From a virus: a DNA stretch of 64,000 nt. Location of the stretch: the IMG/VR virus record IMGVR_UViG_3300040781_000091, positions 10,179 through 74,178 of that record; one strand, written 5' to 3'. How positions within the stretch are numbered: the stretch's first letter is position 1; every line of letters starts with the position of its first letter. This document shows positions 1 to 9,477 of this stretch, piece by piece. Under the pieces are notes generated by a model. That model made no database searches. It was not told where the DNA came from and saw nothing but the letters and a program-made list of their open reading frames with translations. The translations under genes and the position numbers were made by a program.

Positions 1-270
1 TGCAGTCAACGACAATCTAACAGCATTCATTCCGCAGCCGATATCAACACCAACTGCTGCTGGTATGATAGCGCCTTTGGTTGCAATTACAGAGCCTACC
101 GTTGCGCCGAGTCCTAAGTGGACGTCAGGCATTACTGCAACGTGCTGATGTATAAACGGCATAGATGCAATATTCCGCAACTGATCGAGAGCCTGGGATT
201 CCACAGGGACTCCACGTGTCCACATTTTGATTAGTGCGTTGTTTGATTTTACTACATCATAGTTTGCCAT
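1..270 (-). CDS. rtcB: RtcB family RNA ligase, 5' part (runs off the window start)
   Basis: Manual translation from ATG 268-270: MANYDVVKSNNALIKMWTRGVPVESQALDQLRNIASMPFIHQHVAVMPDVHLGLGATVGSVIATKGAIIPAAVGVDIGCGM. PDVH and VGVDIGCGM are RtcB hallmarks. Not in the ORF track. Confidence 0.95.
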   Translation of the reverse strand, partial: MANYDVVKSNNALIKMWTRGVPVESQALDQLRNIASMPFIHQHVAVMPDVHLGLGATVGSVIATKGAIIPAAVGVDIGCGMNAVRLSLTA

Positions 271-299
271 TTTCTTTTTCCTCTGTATTGTAGTCCTGT

Positions 300-328
300 A
301 TTATACAGAACACCTTATTTAGTGTCAA
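300..328 (-). promoter_or_regulatory. sigma70-type promoter for rtcB
   Basis: Perfect TTGACA-17-TATAAT on the minus strand. Confidence 0.85.
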
Positions 329-354
329 GGAAAAATTAACAACTATTTTTTTGA

Positions 355-789
355 TCAGATGTCGCCGTCTTCTCTTACTTCGGAATGGAAAACATTGAAT
401 TCTCCCATGGGATAACGGGTCTCAAGTTTCTTGATATTCTCGATAATAATTGTCACCGGGTCCATACCGAGCGCAATACATGCATTCATCCAATACCAAA
501 TAACATCACCTAGCTCACGCTTCATGTGGTATACGTTGTCGAAGTTATATGGCTTGCCTTGGAAAAATATCTTCTTAACAATTTCGTTAAACTCGCCGCC
601 TTCTGCGCTAAGTCCGTATCCAGCAGTAAGTAACCTTGCAGGATCTCCACCTAGCTCGTCTACTGCACGAATACGTGCAATAAATGCTTCGGTGTCTTTG
701 CTTTCTTTGGAAGTTACTCCGTCTACAAATTTCATGTAGTTATTTAGAAACTCTCTTGCCTGTTGTTCCATTTCAGTTTTTTGTTCCAT
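355..789 (-). CDS. MazG-like nucleoside triphosphate pyrophosphohydrolase
   Basis: AEGGEFNEIVKK and RELGDVIWY motifs, NIKKLETRYP. Confidence 0.9.
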   Translation of the reverse strand: MEQKTEMEQQAREFLNNYMKFVDGVTSKESKDTEAFIARIRAVDELGGDPARLLTAGYGLSAEGGEFNEIVKKIFFQGKPYNFDNVYHMKRELGDVIWYWMNACIALGMDPVTIIIENIKKLETRYPMGEFNVFHSEVREDGDI

Positions 790-1300
790 TTAACATTCCC
801 TCATTATAGTTATTATCCATTACGTCTAATACTTGTTGCGTAATATCAGAGCCGTCATTGTAAAGTATATTTTCTGCGTTATCGTCTACTGTAATTACAA
901 GACTGAGCTTATTGCGTTTCATGACTACCTTAATCGCATAATCTATGTCCTCGCGAATGGCATCTAGTCTAGTTTGATAGTCGGCGTGTATTCTTGAGAA
1001 ATATTTTTCTCTTTCTTTTAAAAATCGAAGGCGTAACTTTTCGAATTCTTTTTCTTTTTCTTCTCTAACATTGTCCGGCATCGGTTTAGTGAGTTCCTCT
1101 GACAGTGCAATTAATACTCGGGCAGATGCGTCTAACATATTTGCCGCTGCCTTTTGTTGAGCCTCAATTGGAGTAAGAAGCGCCTGTCCCGCCCATGAAT
1201 CTTCTACTAATATTTGAGTATTCACAACTGCGATATTATCAGCATGTGCTAAAGCACCTACTAATAATATTAGTACAAGTGCTAAATTAAAGGTTCGCAT
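773..1300 (-). CDS. OmpH/Skp-like periplasmic chaperone
   Basis: Signal peptide ending AHA, IAVVNTQILV, long coiled coil, C-terminal ILY..DITQQVL. Confidence 0.75.
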   Translation of the reverse strand: MRTFNLALVLILLVGALAHADNIAVVNTQILVEDSWAGQALLTPIEAQQKAAANMLDASARVLIALSEELTKPMPDNVREEKEKEFEKLRLRFLKEREKYFSRIHADYQTRLDAIREDIDYAIKVVMKRNKLSLVITVDDNAENILYNDGSDITQQVLDVMDNNYNEGMLNGTKN

Positions 1301-2207
1301 AATCTTCATCGCTAAACTCTTCTCCGTTCCATTCGTCGCATTCCAGTTCCCTGGCTTCGGCGATATCGATAATCATACTAGCAAGTAATTGGTGTGCTCT
1401 CGTGTCGCCTTCTTGTCCGGCGTATCCTGGTATTTGCCACTGGCGGTGTGTTTGCTGCATGAATGAATTTAGTACCTCCATCTGTATTGCATTTTCTACA
1501 ATAGGATATACTTGTTCCTCGGTTCCTCCCATCTCAATTGCTGCTTTAATAATCACACGAGCATCCATGACACCACAGCTCTTGTTATACATGTTATCGC
1601 ACAGAGCTAACGAAATGTGATTATCGCGGTCGGGATTGTTTCCGAGTGGGTCAGTCCAACGTTTTAAAATATCGTCCGACTCTAGCGATTCTTTCGCCTT
1701 TCTATAAAATACCGGATAATCGTCTATTATGTCTGCAAACGTAGGCTGGTCGCCGTAAGATCCTTCCTTCCACCAGCATGTTAAATGATTTTCCATGATA
1801 GTGTCGAACACATCGCGACGAACTTGGAGGTGTTTGATTGGAGTTATAATTTTCTTTTGGCCTACAGAAATTTCCGATTTAAGTCGGTCTTGTCTATCGG
1901 CAAGCATGATGCTGTCCCAGGTAAAACTTTCCGGAACTACTTCGTTTTCGTGGTATTGGTTTTCGCCGGCTTCTACTGGCAAACAACGACTAGACAGAGT
2001 AGAAATTATAACAGCGAGCATAGTTCCGCGTTCGTTTTCTACCTGTCCATAATCGTCGTATCTTCCTTCGCTATAAAAAGGAAATGGGGTTAGATATTTG
2101 CGCGGATCTTCGTTGCCCGGTACTTCGCTTGTAAAGAATGTAACAACTTCGGTGCCAGCAGTAATTGGCAAATTCGATACTGCACATGTTTGATTCCAAC
2201 TGCCCAT
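1287..2207 (-). CDS. Hypothetical phage protein
   Basis: Likely start MGSWNQTCAVSNLPI at 2207, preceded by GAGG; GRYDDYG motif. Confidence 0.7.
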   Translation of the reverse strand: MGSWNQTCAVSNLPITAGTEVVTFFTSEVPGNEDPRKYLTPFPFYSEGRYDDYGQVENERGTMLAVIISTLSSRCLPVEAGENQYHENEVVPESFTWDSIMLADRQDRLKSEISVGQKKIITPIKHLQVRRDVFDTIMENHLTCWWKEGSYGDQPTFADIIDDYPVFYRKAKESLESDDILKRWTDPLGNNPDRDNHISLALCDNMYNKSCGVMDARVIIKAAIEMGGTEEQVYPIVENAIQMEVLNSFMQQTHRQWQIPGYAGQEGDTRAHQLLASMIIDIAEARELECDEWNGEEFSDEDYANL

Positions 2208-2223
2208 AACTCTGCCTCGTTGT

Positions 2224-2511
2224 TTACCAGTACTCGTTGCCTGCGAGTTTAGCCTTAGTTTCCTGCAAGCTATACTCGTAAAAGATTTTCTCGATCGTGA
2301 GCTTTTCGTCTTTGACATCAACCGGTACTAGCTCAAAGGTTACTAGCTTGCAACCGTCGTACACATCGCGCCTGGTCTTTTTAAACAGGGCAAGGTGGTT
2401 AACCAGCTGTGCTGGTCCTTCCCAAGACTTGCCTGTCTTGTGAAATCTTGGAAAAGACCCACCCGTAGAAAATAATCCGTCAGATTCTCGTTGTATTTTG
2501 TACAGGCGCAT
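2224..2511 (-). CDS. Hypothetical phage protein
   Basis: 95-aa ORF in the operon; GLFSTGGSFPRFHKTGKSW. Confidence 0.7.
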   Translation of the reverse strand: MRLYKIQRESDGLFSTGGSFPRFHKTGKSWEGPAQLVNHLALFKKTRRDVYDGCKLVTFELVPVDVKDEKLTIEKIFYEYSLQETKAKLAGNEYW

Positions 2512-2515
2512 GTCT

Positions 2516-3004
2516 TTACCTTGCGTTAGGGGAGTTCTTGATAAGTTCGATCAGCCGGAATTCGAATTCAGTAAATTCTTCGACTGGTGCCTCCGGCGCG
2601 TACAGATCGCCCATGAAGTATGTTCTGGTGCTCTTATCGAAACGATTGTTGGCGCCGTACAACTTCACCCCGGTGTCCCATATGCGGTCAGGAACAACAA
2701 TAGCAACACAAGTCAGTGCATTGTTAAGGGCCGGTTCTTCTTCGTGGAAAAATCCCCAGGGCAAATAAACACCATCTGCCGACAGTAGCCACTGTTTGAT
2801 TTCCTGTAGTTGCGCCTCGGCGCCACCGTTCTTACAGATCATCGTCTTGTGGTTATTCAGCCACTCGTGAAACACCGTAGTACTTCCCTCGTAGCAAGTA
2901 ACAGGATACTTAATTGCCATCTCGCCCAGGGCGTGTGCCGCCTGGATGCCTTGCTGGATACTCGACAGGTAAAAGTTGCCAAATGTGTAAAGTCTGTATT
3001 CCAT
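2516..3004 (-). CDS. Peptidyl-tRNA hydrolase (Pth2-like) protein
   Basis: QQGIQAAHA, KTMICK and F.E..LNNALTCVA resemble Pth2 family motifs. Confidence 0.6.
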   Translation of the reverse strand: MEYRLYTFGNFYLSSIQQGIQAAHALGEMAIKYPVTCYEGSTTVFHEWLNNHKTMICKNGGAEAQLQEIKQWLLSADGVYLPWGFFHEEEPALNNALTCVAIVVPDRIWDTGVKLYGANNRFDKSTRTYFMGDLYAPEAPVEEFTEFEFRLIELIKNSPNAR

Positions 3005-3037
3005 TCTTAACCCTCTTAATTGCTGTAGTAGCGTTCT

Positions 3038-3065
3038 ATTATAACACTAAATCAGTAGATGTCAA
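3038..3065 (-). promoter_or_regulatory. sigma70-type promoter
   Basis: TTGACA-16-TATAAT upstream of the Pth2-like gene. Confidence 0.7.
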
Positions 3066-3367
3066 GAATATAATTTAGCTAGAATTTTGTATGCTTCGTA
3101 TGCTTCTCGAAGCTCTGGAAACTGCCTACGTAAATTTTTCTCGCGCATGACTGTGATAAGGTCGTCTAATACTGCCTTTGATGCTGCATAGGAGTGTGGG
3201 CCAAAGGAGACCTCCAGATTTAAAGAAGTGCCATCGTAGATAGAATGAGACATAGCTGTGCCTGTTAGATAACAGGAATGCGTCTCGTCGATGATTTTAA
3301 TGTCCTTAACACGACCGCCCATCTCTTCGATGATCGACACGATGTTTCTTATCTGTTCGTCGCTCAA
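3062..3367 (-). CDS. Hypothetical protein
   Basis: TTG start overlapping the upstream stop; C-terminal PELREAYEAYKILAKL. Confidence 0.65.
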   Translation of the reverse strand: MSDEQIRNIVSIIEEMGGRVKDIKIIDETHSCYLTGTAMSHSIYDGTSLNLEVSFGPHSYAASKAVLDDLITVMREKNLRRQFPELREAYEAYKILAKLYS

Positions 3368-3543
3368 TGTTCTAGCTCGACTAGTCTCTTTTTTGTATAG
3401 TCATGCAAAACTAGATAGCGAGACTTTTCTTCGCCGTCGGGCAATTCGTCGACAATTCTTTCATAGTTTTCATTCAGAAGAATAATATCTTCTTTTTCGG
3501 ATGCATTAATAATTTCAATAATTTGTTCGAAATCAATTGTCAT
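3364..3543 (-). CDS. Small hypothetical protein (59 aa)
   Basis: Manual translation MTIDFEQIIEIINASEKEDII...RLVELEH*, preceded by GAGG; below the ORF-track cutoff. Confidence 0.65.
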   Translation of the reverse strand: MTIDFEQIIEIINASEKEDIILLNENYERIVDELPDGEEKSRYLVLHDYTKKRLVELEH

Positions 3544-3567
3544 GGCAGATACCTCTTGTATGTGTTA

Positions 3568-3596
3568 ATTGTAAGTTGCTTGAACAAAACTGTCAA
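3568..3596 (-). promoter_or_regulatory. sigma70-type promoter
   Basis: TTGACA-17-TACAAT. Confidence 0.75.
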
Positions 3597-3627
3597 GCAC
3601 TACCGCTATTTATAAGATACCATACTG

Positions 3628-3921
3628 CTATTTTAAATATTTCAACTTAAAATAGACCATATCTTCCTTATTACGAAAGCGCAACCTTGTACCCTTGGTA
3701 ATCAAATTAAATGCACCTAGCTGTTTTCTTTCCAGCGAAATTTGTTGCCTAGTAATGTCTAGGTTATCTGCATCGACTTCGTTATGTTCGCCAAACAGAT
3801 GCCACAGAAGTTGGAACTCGTTGGTTCTTTGTTCTAGTGTAGGATTTACGGTACCAAATCGGGCCTTGAGTTCTGCATCCGTATAGAACTCCCGTAGGCC
3901 CTTTCCTAGCTTCGGCTTCAC
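3628..3921 (-). CDS. Hypothetical protein (F..E.D..FKL C-terminal motif)
   Basis: Ends RFRNKEDMVYFKLKYLK. Confidence 0.65.
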   Translation of the reverse strand: MKPKLGKGLREFYTDAELKARFGTVNPTLEQRTNEFQLLWHLFGEHNEVDADNLDITRQQISLERKQLGAFNLITKGTRLRFRNKEDMVYFKLKYLK

Positions 3922-3926
3922 AGTGA

Positions 3927-4520
3927 CTATCGAGTAAGTTGTACGCTATCTGCCAAACCCTTTTCTACTGTTTCTTGTGCATTCAGCCAGTAGTCTCGAT
4001 CTAACATAGTAACCATATCTGCTCGTGTTATAGACGGGTTAGTACAATGCTCCATATAGAGATCCGTTAATTCCTCTTTGAGGCGCAGACCTTCTTTTAG
4101 ATCAATTTCCATGTCTGTAATTTTACCACTAGTGCCCCAGCTAGGCTGATGAATCATCATTCTAGCTCTCGGTAGTATGTAACGATGTCCTTTTTCTCCG
4201 CCACTCGACAAAAACGAACCCATAGAACATGCCTGACCAATTACGTAAGTATGCACCGGACATTTGATGTACCGCATTACGTCATAAATTGCCATGCCAG
4301 CAGTAACAGATCCGCCGGGGGAGTTAATATAGAAATTAACAGGTCGGACCGGGTCTTCTGCTTCTAAAAACAGCAATGATGCAACAATACGATCTGCTTT
4401 GTGATCGACAACTTCTCCCGTTAGGAAAATAAGGCGCTCCTTCAGCAAACGACTATAAATATCAAAAGAGCGTTCGCCCTTTGAAGTTTGCTCAATTACT
4501 ACTGGTGTTAAATCACTCAT
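3927..4520 (-). CDS. clpP: ATP-dependent Clp protease proteolytic subunit
   Basis: [23 protein letters not shown], catalytic ACSMGS and MIHQP, DRDYWL. Confidence 0.97.
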   Translation of the reverse strand: MSDLTPVVIEQTSKGERSFDIYSRLLKERLIFLTGEVVDHKADRIVASLLFLEAEDPVRPVNFYINSPGGSVTAGMAIYDVMRYIKCPVHTYVIGQACSMGSFLSSGGEKGHRYILPRARMMIHQPSWGTSGKITDMEIDLKEGLRLKEELTDLYMEHCTNPSITRADMVTMLDRDYWLNAQETVEKGLADSVQLTR

Positions 4521-4538
4521 TTTTACGTTTCCTTTTTT

Positions 4539-4546
4539 GATAAATA
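4539..4546 (+). promoter_or_regulatory. T4-like late promoter (GATAAATA)
   Basis: Motif 5 nt before ATG 4552; one of many intergenic copies. Confidence 0.7.
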
Positions 4547-4551
4547 ATGTT

Positions 4552-4935
4552 ATGAAAATTAAAGATATATTAACTGAAAATACTGCGCCACTTATTATGA
4601 CTGATCAAACTCAGTTCGACGAAGAGTTTGACACATTCTATAATCCCCAAGCAGACATGATTGCTAATATGAATCGCGACTACTATAAGAAGTATTTTAA
4701 AGAATTCTTTACCGACGGCAGTGTTCCTGTCTTCACAGAAGCCGACAATTATCCTCCCTCCGAAGACGAAGAAGATTGGACTACTAAGCCCAATCCCGAA
4801 GCACCACAATCTGCAGGATACCGCGGACAACAAAATGCTCTACATAGAGCAGGTGTACCACACGATAAAAATGTCGGTGGGTACGACTCTGGTCCGGTTA
4901 TTCCGCTCACACCTAAAAACCTAGATACGATATAA
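4552..4935 (+). CDS. Putative internal head protein with capsid-targeting-like leader
   Basis: Starts MKIKDILTE; late promoter immediately upstream. Confidence 0.6.
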   Translation: MKIKDILTENTAPLIMTDQTQFDEEFDTFYNPQADMIANMNRDYYKKYFKEFFTDGSVPVFTEADNYPPSEDEEDWTTKPNPEAPQSAGYRGQQNALHRAGVPHDKNVGGYDSGPVIPLTPKNLDTI

Positions 4936-5233
4936 CTAGAAATAACAACACTAGCATCAGTACTGTAGATGTCTTAGTGAAGAATAACATCTGACGTTCA
5001 AATGGCAATGCAAATTCTGTAACTTTAGCATCTTCTTGCAAGATTAGCAAAGATGCCTCTTCGGGCGTAAAGTACTCGTACCACCCAGCATAGTCGGGGG
5101 ATCCGATCGGATCCCATTCGCAGTACCTATAGTAAATTTTACGCAACCATATACGCTTGCCAGACACTAGCTTAACTGGCCAGATTGCAAATCCCTTACG
5201 GAGATCTGATTTTGGTAGTTCGAGGTGACTCAT
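4913..5233 (-). CDS. Hypothetical protein, paralog of 5230-5475, with C-terminal TM helix
   Basis: FAIWPVKLVSGKRIWLRKIYYR. Confidence 0.7.
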   Translation of the reverse strand: MSHLELPKSDLRKGFAIWPVKLVSGKRIWLRKIYYRYCEWDPIGSPDYAGWYEYFTPEEASLLILQEDAKVTEFALPFERQMLFFTKTSTVLMLVLLFLVISYLGF

Positions 5234-5475
5234 CTCGAAATAAACATAAACAAATCAGTAAGAGAGGACTGATCAGACATATTCGATCCTTGTAAAATTA
5301 GTACCATAGCGTCTGCTTCGTTGTAACATTCTATCCAACTATACTCGGAGTGTATCAATGATATCGGTATACAGAATCGATAATACACGGGTCTTAACCA
5401 AATCCATCTTTTAGAAGTAAGGCGTACAGGCCACCATGCAAATACTTTACATATGTCGCTGTACTCTGTTTGCAT
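5230..5475 (-). CDS. Hypothetical protein, paralog of 4913-5233
   Basis: FAWWPVRLTSKRWIWLRPVYYR. Confidence 0.7.
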   Translation of the reverse strand: MQTEYSDICKVFAWWPVRLTSKRWIWLRPVYYRFCIPISLIHSEYSWIECYNEADAMVLILQGSNMSDQSSLTDLFMFISR

Positions 5476-6257
5476 TAACTCATCATCTTCTCAAGTGCAA
5501 TTGCTACGCTTGCAGCAAAGTCTTTATCGAAATTTTCTTTGGTCTCGTCTAACGAATCCATGTTCGCTAATGCCCACTGCCAGTAGTCGAGCGGAACCTC
5601 TTCGAGTCGTTTTCCTTTGTGCTTACCCATCGGCATAGTTTCGAACACAATAGGCTCGTCTAACCATTCTTGCAATTGTTGTAAATACGGCTCATTTTCT
5701 TCGAGTACTTCTTGTTGAATTAATACATCAACAAAATGTGATAATAGATATGCAGTTACCAGAGCATCGCTGTCTGCTCTGTGTGCATCGATTTTATGAT
5801 CTGCAGGGTCGAGTATGTTAAACCGGTATCTAAGATAGGGCAAGTTAAACGCAGACACAGTTGGGTCATTTCCGTATAACTTCTTAGCAATACGCATTGT
5901 GCATACCCAGGTTTTGTGCGATACATCGTACCTCTCTAACACTTTCATATCGTAGAAACTGTTATGTGCTACAATTGCTGCATCTTGTCCCAGAGCGCCT
6001 AACAACATTTTTAGATCATCGACACCTTCGTCGAAATTGCGGCAACCAGCGACCATTTTATTAGTGATATTGGTTATCGCCGAAACTTCCGGAGTAATCG
6101 GCTCGTTCGGTTTGTACAACTCAACAAAGCGTTCCCAATTACCATCGTTATACATCACATAGCCGAGTTCGGTAACTTCTGCTTCGTTATAGTCCTTACT
6201 TGTGGTTTCTGTATCAAGAATGAGACAGTTTGTTAGAAATTCTGTTTTACGGTCCAT
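5475..6257 (-). CDS. DEDDh 3'-5' exonuclease (ExoX / DnaQ-like)
   Basis: LDTETT, VAHNSFYD, AHRADSDA; C-terminal MPMGKHKG domain as in ExoX. Confidence 0.9.
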   Translation of the reverse strand: MDRKTEFLTNCLILDTETTSKDYNEAEVTELGYVMYNDGNWERFVELYKPNEPITPEVSAITNITNKMVAGCRNFDEGVDDLKMLLGALGQDAAIVAHNSFYDMKVLERYDVSHKTWVCTMRIAKKLYGNDPTVSAFNLPYLRYRFNILDPADHKIDAHRADSDALVTAYLLSHFVDVLIQQEVLEENEPYLQQLQEWLDEPIVFETMPMGKHKGKRLEEVPLDYWQWALANMDSLDETKENFDKDFAASVAIALEKMMS

Positions 6258-6286
6258 ACGCACCCCGTTATTATGTTATTACAGTA

Positions 6287-6315
6287 ATTGTAACACAACA
6301 ATAAGGAGACGTCAA
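6287..6315 (-). promoter_or_regulatory. sigma70-type promoter
   Basis: TTGACG-17-TACAAT. Confidence 0.7.
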
Positions 6316-6321
6316 TCTAAT

Positions 6322-7737
6322 TTAGCTAATACTAAATGCAATCTTATCTTTGGGGCGCGAGGTTGCGTAATAGTTGGAGCCAGCGTTAAATTCTATCTTA
6401 CCTTTCACTACTGGCGGATACTTAACATTGAACCTATCAAATACCAAATCATCACCGGATTTTCTCACGTGACTATGTAACTGTATGAAAGAGATTCTTG
6501 CAAGTACCTTCTTAAAAAATGTAGTTGGCTTCATTGCATTTAAGTGTGCAGAAACTAACCGTGCTAGACCTGCCATAGTGTGAAAGCCTGCAGTATACGC
6601 AGGGTGATCTAGTTTAGCGTCAGGGTATGCTTTTAGTAATTTTTTGATATTTTTAGAATTACCTAAATACTCTTTGTCGCCATTCTTAATTAGATAAACA
6701 ATTTCCTCAGCATCACTACGATCAATCATACCATACATCTGACCTAGCTTCAGCGGTCCGCTTAGACTGGTATTTTCGGAGATAATATTAATTGCATCGA
6801 TAAGTGGCTTATACTTTGCAAGGAATTGGTCGTCAAACTCGTGTGTGTTTAAAATGTGAACAATAGATTTCAAGCTAGCAGAAACACCACCTTTAGCTTT
6901 CGAGCTAATGCCAATTTTATCGCCACCACCCGATACGAAAGAGTCGACGAGAGGAGTAGATTGTCCGGGTGGAAATGTAATCCACGATAAATCAGTAAAG
7001 CTCTTGTCTACTAATAAATCCCTTTGTGCTCTTTGCCAATCGCCCGTTAATAAATTTGGAGATTTTAATAAAGCAATCGGACCAGCTATCTCACCGATGT
7101 ATTTCTCGATAACTTGTCTGTACTCTGCTGCGCCAGTAACTGGCTCGGAAGTACCGTTGTACACCTGTAATAAGATATTATATATTATCCCCTTTAGCGG
7201 TTCTTTTATATTAGACTGCTTGACGACTTTTAGAATTCCGGCGGGCGTTAATCTCTTTCCTCCGATTAAATCACTCGGCTTTACTTTTGCAGTCTCTGAG
7301 TGTGTTACTTTAGAATCCTTTAAGGTGAACCCGTATTCGTTTTTAAACTGTGTATTAGTCCATGCGTTGCCGTGTTGACTAACATCCGTCCTTTGCCCAT
7401 AACGAACAAATGCAACTCTACGATTATCTTCTGTTTTCCAGACGGTCATCATAGCCGCCTTATTAGGGCTGTTAGAGAAGTGTAAATCACTCTTGCGGAT
7501 TCTTAACTGACGTGCTTTTTCTAAAACTGCGTTTTGTGCTTTTTCGGCCGCAGTTAATGGCTCCGGCTCGTCGGAAGAATCATCTTCAAACGCACCTGAG
7601 TCAGGAAAGTTAAAGATTGCCCAGAGTGTAATTTCTTGTTTTGTTTTAGGATTAACAAAGACTTGGCCAGGGCGAGTCGAGCCTATTCTACTAGCCTCGT
7701 CTATACGCCCTGGCGCAAACAGTTCTACTAACCGCAT
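6322..7737 (-). CDS. Putative virion-packaged protein with PD-(D/E)XK-like nuclease motif
   Basis: Leader MRLVELF..IDEA; YIGEIAGP and PLVDSF...IGISSK resemble an E..D..(S)xK nuclease core. Confidence 0.5.
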   Translation of the reverse strand: MRLVELFAPGRIDEASRIGSTRPGQVFVNPKTKQEITLWAIFNFPDSGAFEDDSSDEPEPLTAAEKAQNAVLEKARQLRIRKSDLHFSNSPNKAAMMTVWKTEDNRRVAFVRYGQRTDVSQHGNAWTNTQFKNEYGFTLKDSKVTHSETAKVKPSDLIGGKRLTPAGILKVVKQSNIKEPLKGIIYNILLQVYNGTSEPVTGAAEYRQVIEKYIGEIAGPIALLKSPNLLTGDWQRAQRDLLVDKSFTDLSWITFPPGQSTPLVDSFVSGGGDKIGISSKAKGGVSASLKSIVHILNTHEFDDQFLAKYKPLIDAINIISENTSLSGPLKLGQMYGMIDRSDAEEIVYLIKNGDKEYLGNSKNIKKLLKAYPDAKLDHPAYTAGFHTMAGLARLVSAHLNAMKPTTFFKKVLARISFIQLHSHVRKSGDDLVFDRFNVKYPPVVKGKIEFNAGSNYYATSRPKDKIAFSIS

Positions 7738-7743
7738 AAAGTA

Positions 7744-8820
7744 TTAACCGAATAGTGCGTTTAGTGCTTTTACCACATCAACGTCTGCACCTTCTTTCAG
7801 GGATTCGTCGATGTTATCTTGTGAGTTAGAAAAGTTAGCGTATGCTTCGCTTTCGTCATCAGCTGCCTGAGTCTGCATTTCGGATTCGCTACCCTCTGGC
7901 ACCGGACGATAATCGTCGTCACTAATTTCTTCGCCGCCCATATCGTAGTCGCTATCGTCGATTTCTTCTGCGTCGAGTTCTTCAACATCATATCCGTCTA
8001 TTGATTCGCCCACTACTTTGGCATGTATGCGCTGAATAAATTCAGGCTTCATTGCCCATAGCTTGTCTGCATCGTAGTAACGATCGCTCATCGAAATACC
8101 CATATCTTGCATGTACTGGATTTTAGCAATAAGATCCCCTATGTCAGTATCTGCATCTGAGTATTTAACTTCGCCTGTAGGCTCAGAAACAACCTCCGGT
8201 TCTAGGTCTGGGTCGTCGCCGAGATCAACAATCGTGTCGTCGACTTCGACTTCATCTTCGTCTTCGACATCCGGCTCTGCTTCTTCTAGGTCTTTATTCA
8301 TCGATGAATCAGTGAAAGGTGAATCTTCGCCATCGGCGTTATCATACTGCTCTCCGATGCCATCTATACCAGCTAATGCTCTAAGCTCTTCCATGTCTGG
8401 ATCCCATTCTTGCTCCCACTCTGGAAGTTCGTCGTCGAAGTAGTCTGCATCAGCAGAAGTCCACTCTTCCTCTGGTTCTGAAACAACAACAACCGGTGTT
8501 TCGTCTAGCTCGACGTCATCGGACTCTGTGTCGGTACCGTCGGTATATTCGTTGTCGTACTCATAATCTTCCGGCTCGTCAATTTCGTCTTCTGCAAGAT
8601 CGATAACCTGGTCGTAGATTTCGTTTTCTTCGATAGTAGATTCTGTTACATCGTTAGACGGAAAACAAGACTCGCAATCATAGCTGCCGCATCCGCAACC
8701 AGCTTCCTCGAGCTCCTCTGATCCTTCTTCTTCCTGATCTGCTAATACTTCTTCTGCATCAGGACCATCTTCGATGATCTTCATCCATTTTTCTAAGTCT
8801 TCCATATGTGTTCCACTCAT
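7744..8820 (-). CDS. Highly acidic putative prohead/scaffold protein
   Basis: Extremely D/E rich, CGCGSYDCESC cluster, ELRALAGI motif. Confidence 0.6.
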   Translation of the reverse strand: MSGTHMEDLEKWMKIIEDGPDAEEVLADQEEEGSEELEEAGCGCGSYDCESCFPSNDVTESTIEENEIYDQVIDLAEDEIDEPEDYEYDNEYTDGTDTESDDVELDETPVVVVSEPEEEWTSADADYFDDELPEWEQEWDPDMEELRALAGIDGIGEQYDNADGEDSPFTDSSMNKDLEEAEPDVEDEDEVEVDDTIVDLGDDPDLEPEVVSEPTGEVKYSDADTDIGDLIAKIQYMQDMGISMSDRYYDADKLWAMKPEFIQRIHAKVVGESIDGYDVEELDAEEIDDSDYDMGGEEISDDDYRPVPEGSESEMQTQAADDESEAYANFSNSQDNIDESLKEGADVDVVKALNALFG

Positions 8821-9388
8821 GTTCTTCTCCTTTAAACTTTATTTCGTCCCGGTTGTCTTCGCCATAAGACATCGGGGATAGTGATCCGTCGTTACCGGTC
8901 GAAGCAAAGTTATCTGCTGCTAGTTCTTCCGGGGCTAGTGTTACGTTAGAAATTGGATATGTACCGTCTTGACTATCGACGTTGCAAATGACGCTCTTAC
9001 CGTCGAGTGCATATGCAACAAAAACGCCGAATCCTTCGCCGTTTCCTGCACCGTATATATCGTTGATCTTTACCATGTCGCCGGCTTGGAGCTCCGGCTT
9101 ATCGAGGAGGGAGTGAACATCGTTGTCGATCTCGTCGTAACGTTGTTCGTCTGAATTTCCAACATAAAAGCTATCTGCTGAATCAACAACTGCTTCTAAG
9201 TCAGAAACGGGATATTCTTGGTTAGTTCCTTTTACGTCTACAATACACTTACCACTAACAGGAGAAAATCCAACATATCGCCCTACTCCGCCGCCATATT
9301 CCTTGCTTATCTGCACAACTTCACCTTCTTCAAAAGGTACGGTTTGACCTCCGTTGATTGCAGTTAACCATGTATACATGTCTGACAT
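8759..9388 (-). CDS. Late protein with two SH3/KOW-like repeats
   Basis: GEVVQISKEYGGGVG.. and GDMVKINDIYGAG..; start MSDMY at 9388 with AGGTG; GATAAATA at 9418-9425. Confidence 0.6.
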   Translation of the reverse strand: MSDMYTWLTAINGGQTVPFEEGEVVQISKEYGGGVGRYVGFSPVSGKCIVDVKGTNQEYPVSDLEAVVDSADSFYVGNSDEQRYDEIDNDVHSLLDKPELQAGDMVKINDIYGAGNGEGFGVFVAYALDGKSVICNVDSQDGTYPISNVTLAPEELAADNFASTGNDGSLSPMSYGEDNRDEIKFKGEEHEWNTYGRLRKMDEDHRRWS

Positions 9389-9477
9389 TGATAAACACCT
9401 TTTTCTTATGTTTCGTGTATTTATCAAAGTTATTGGAATTGAGCTGTAAAAGTTTCTCCGGTTAAAAATGTAGGTAG

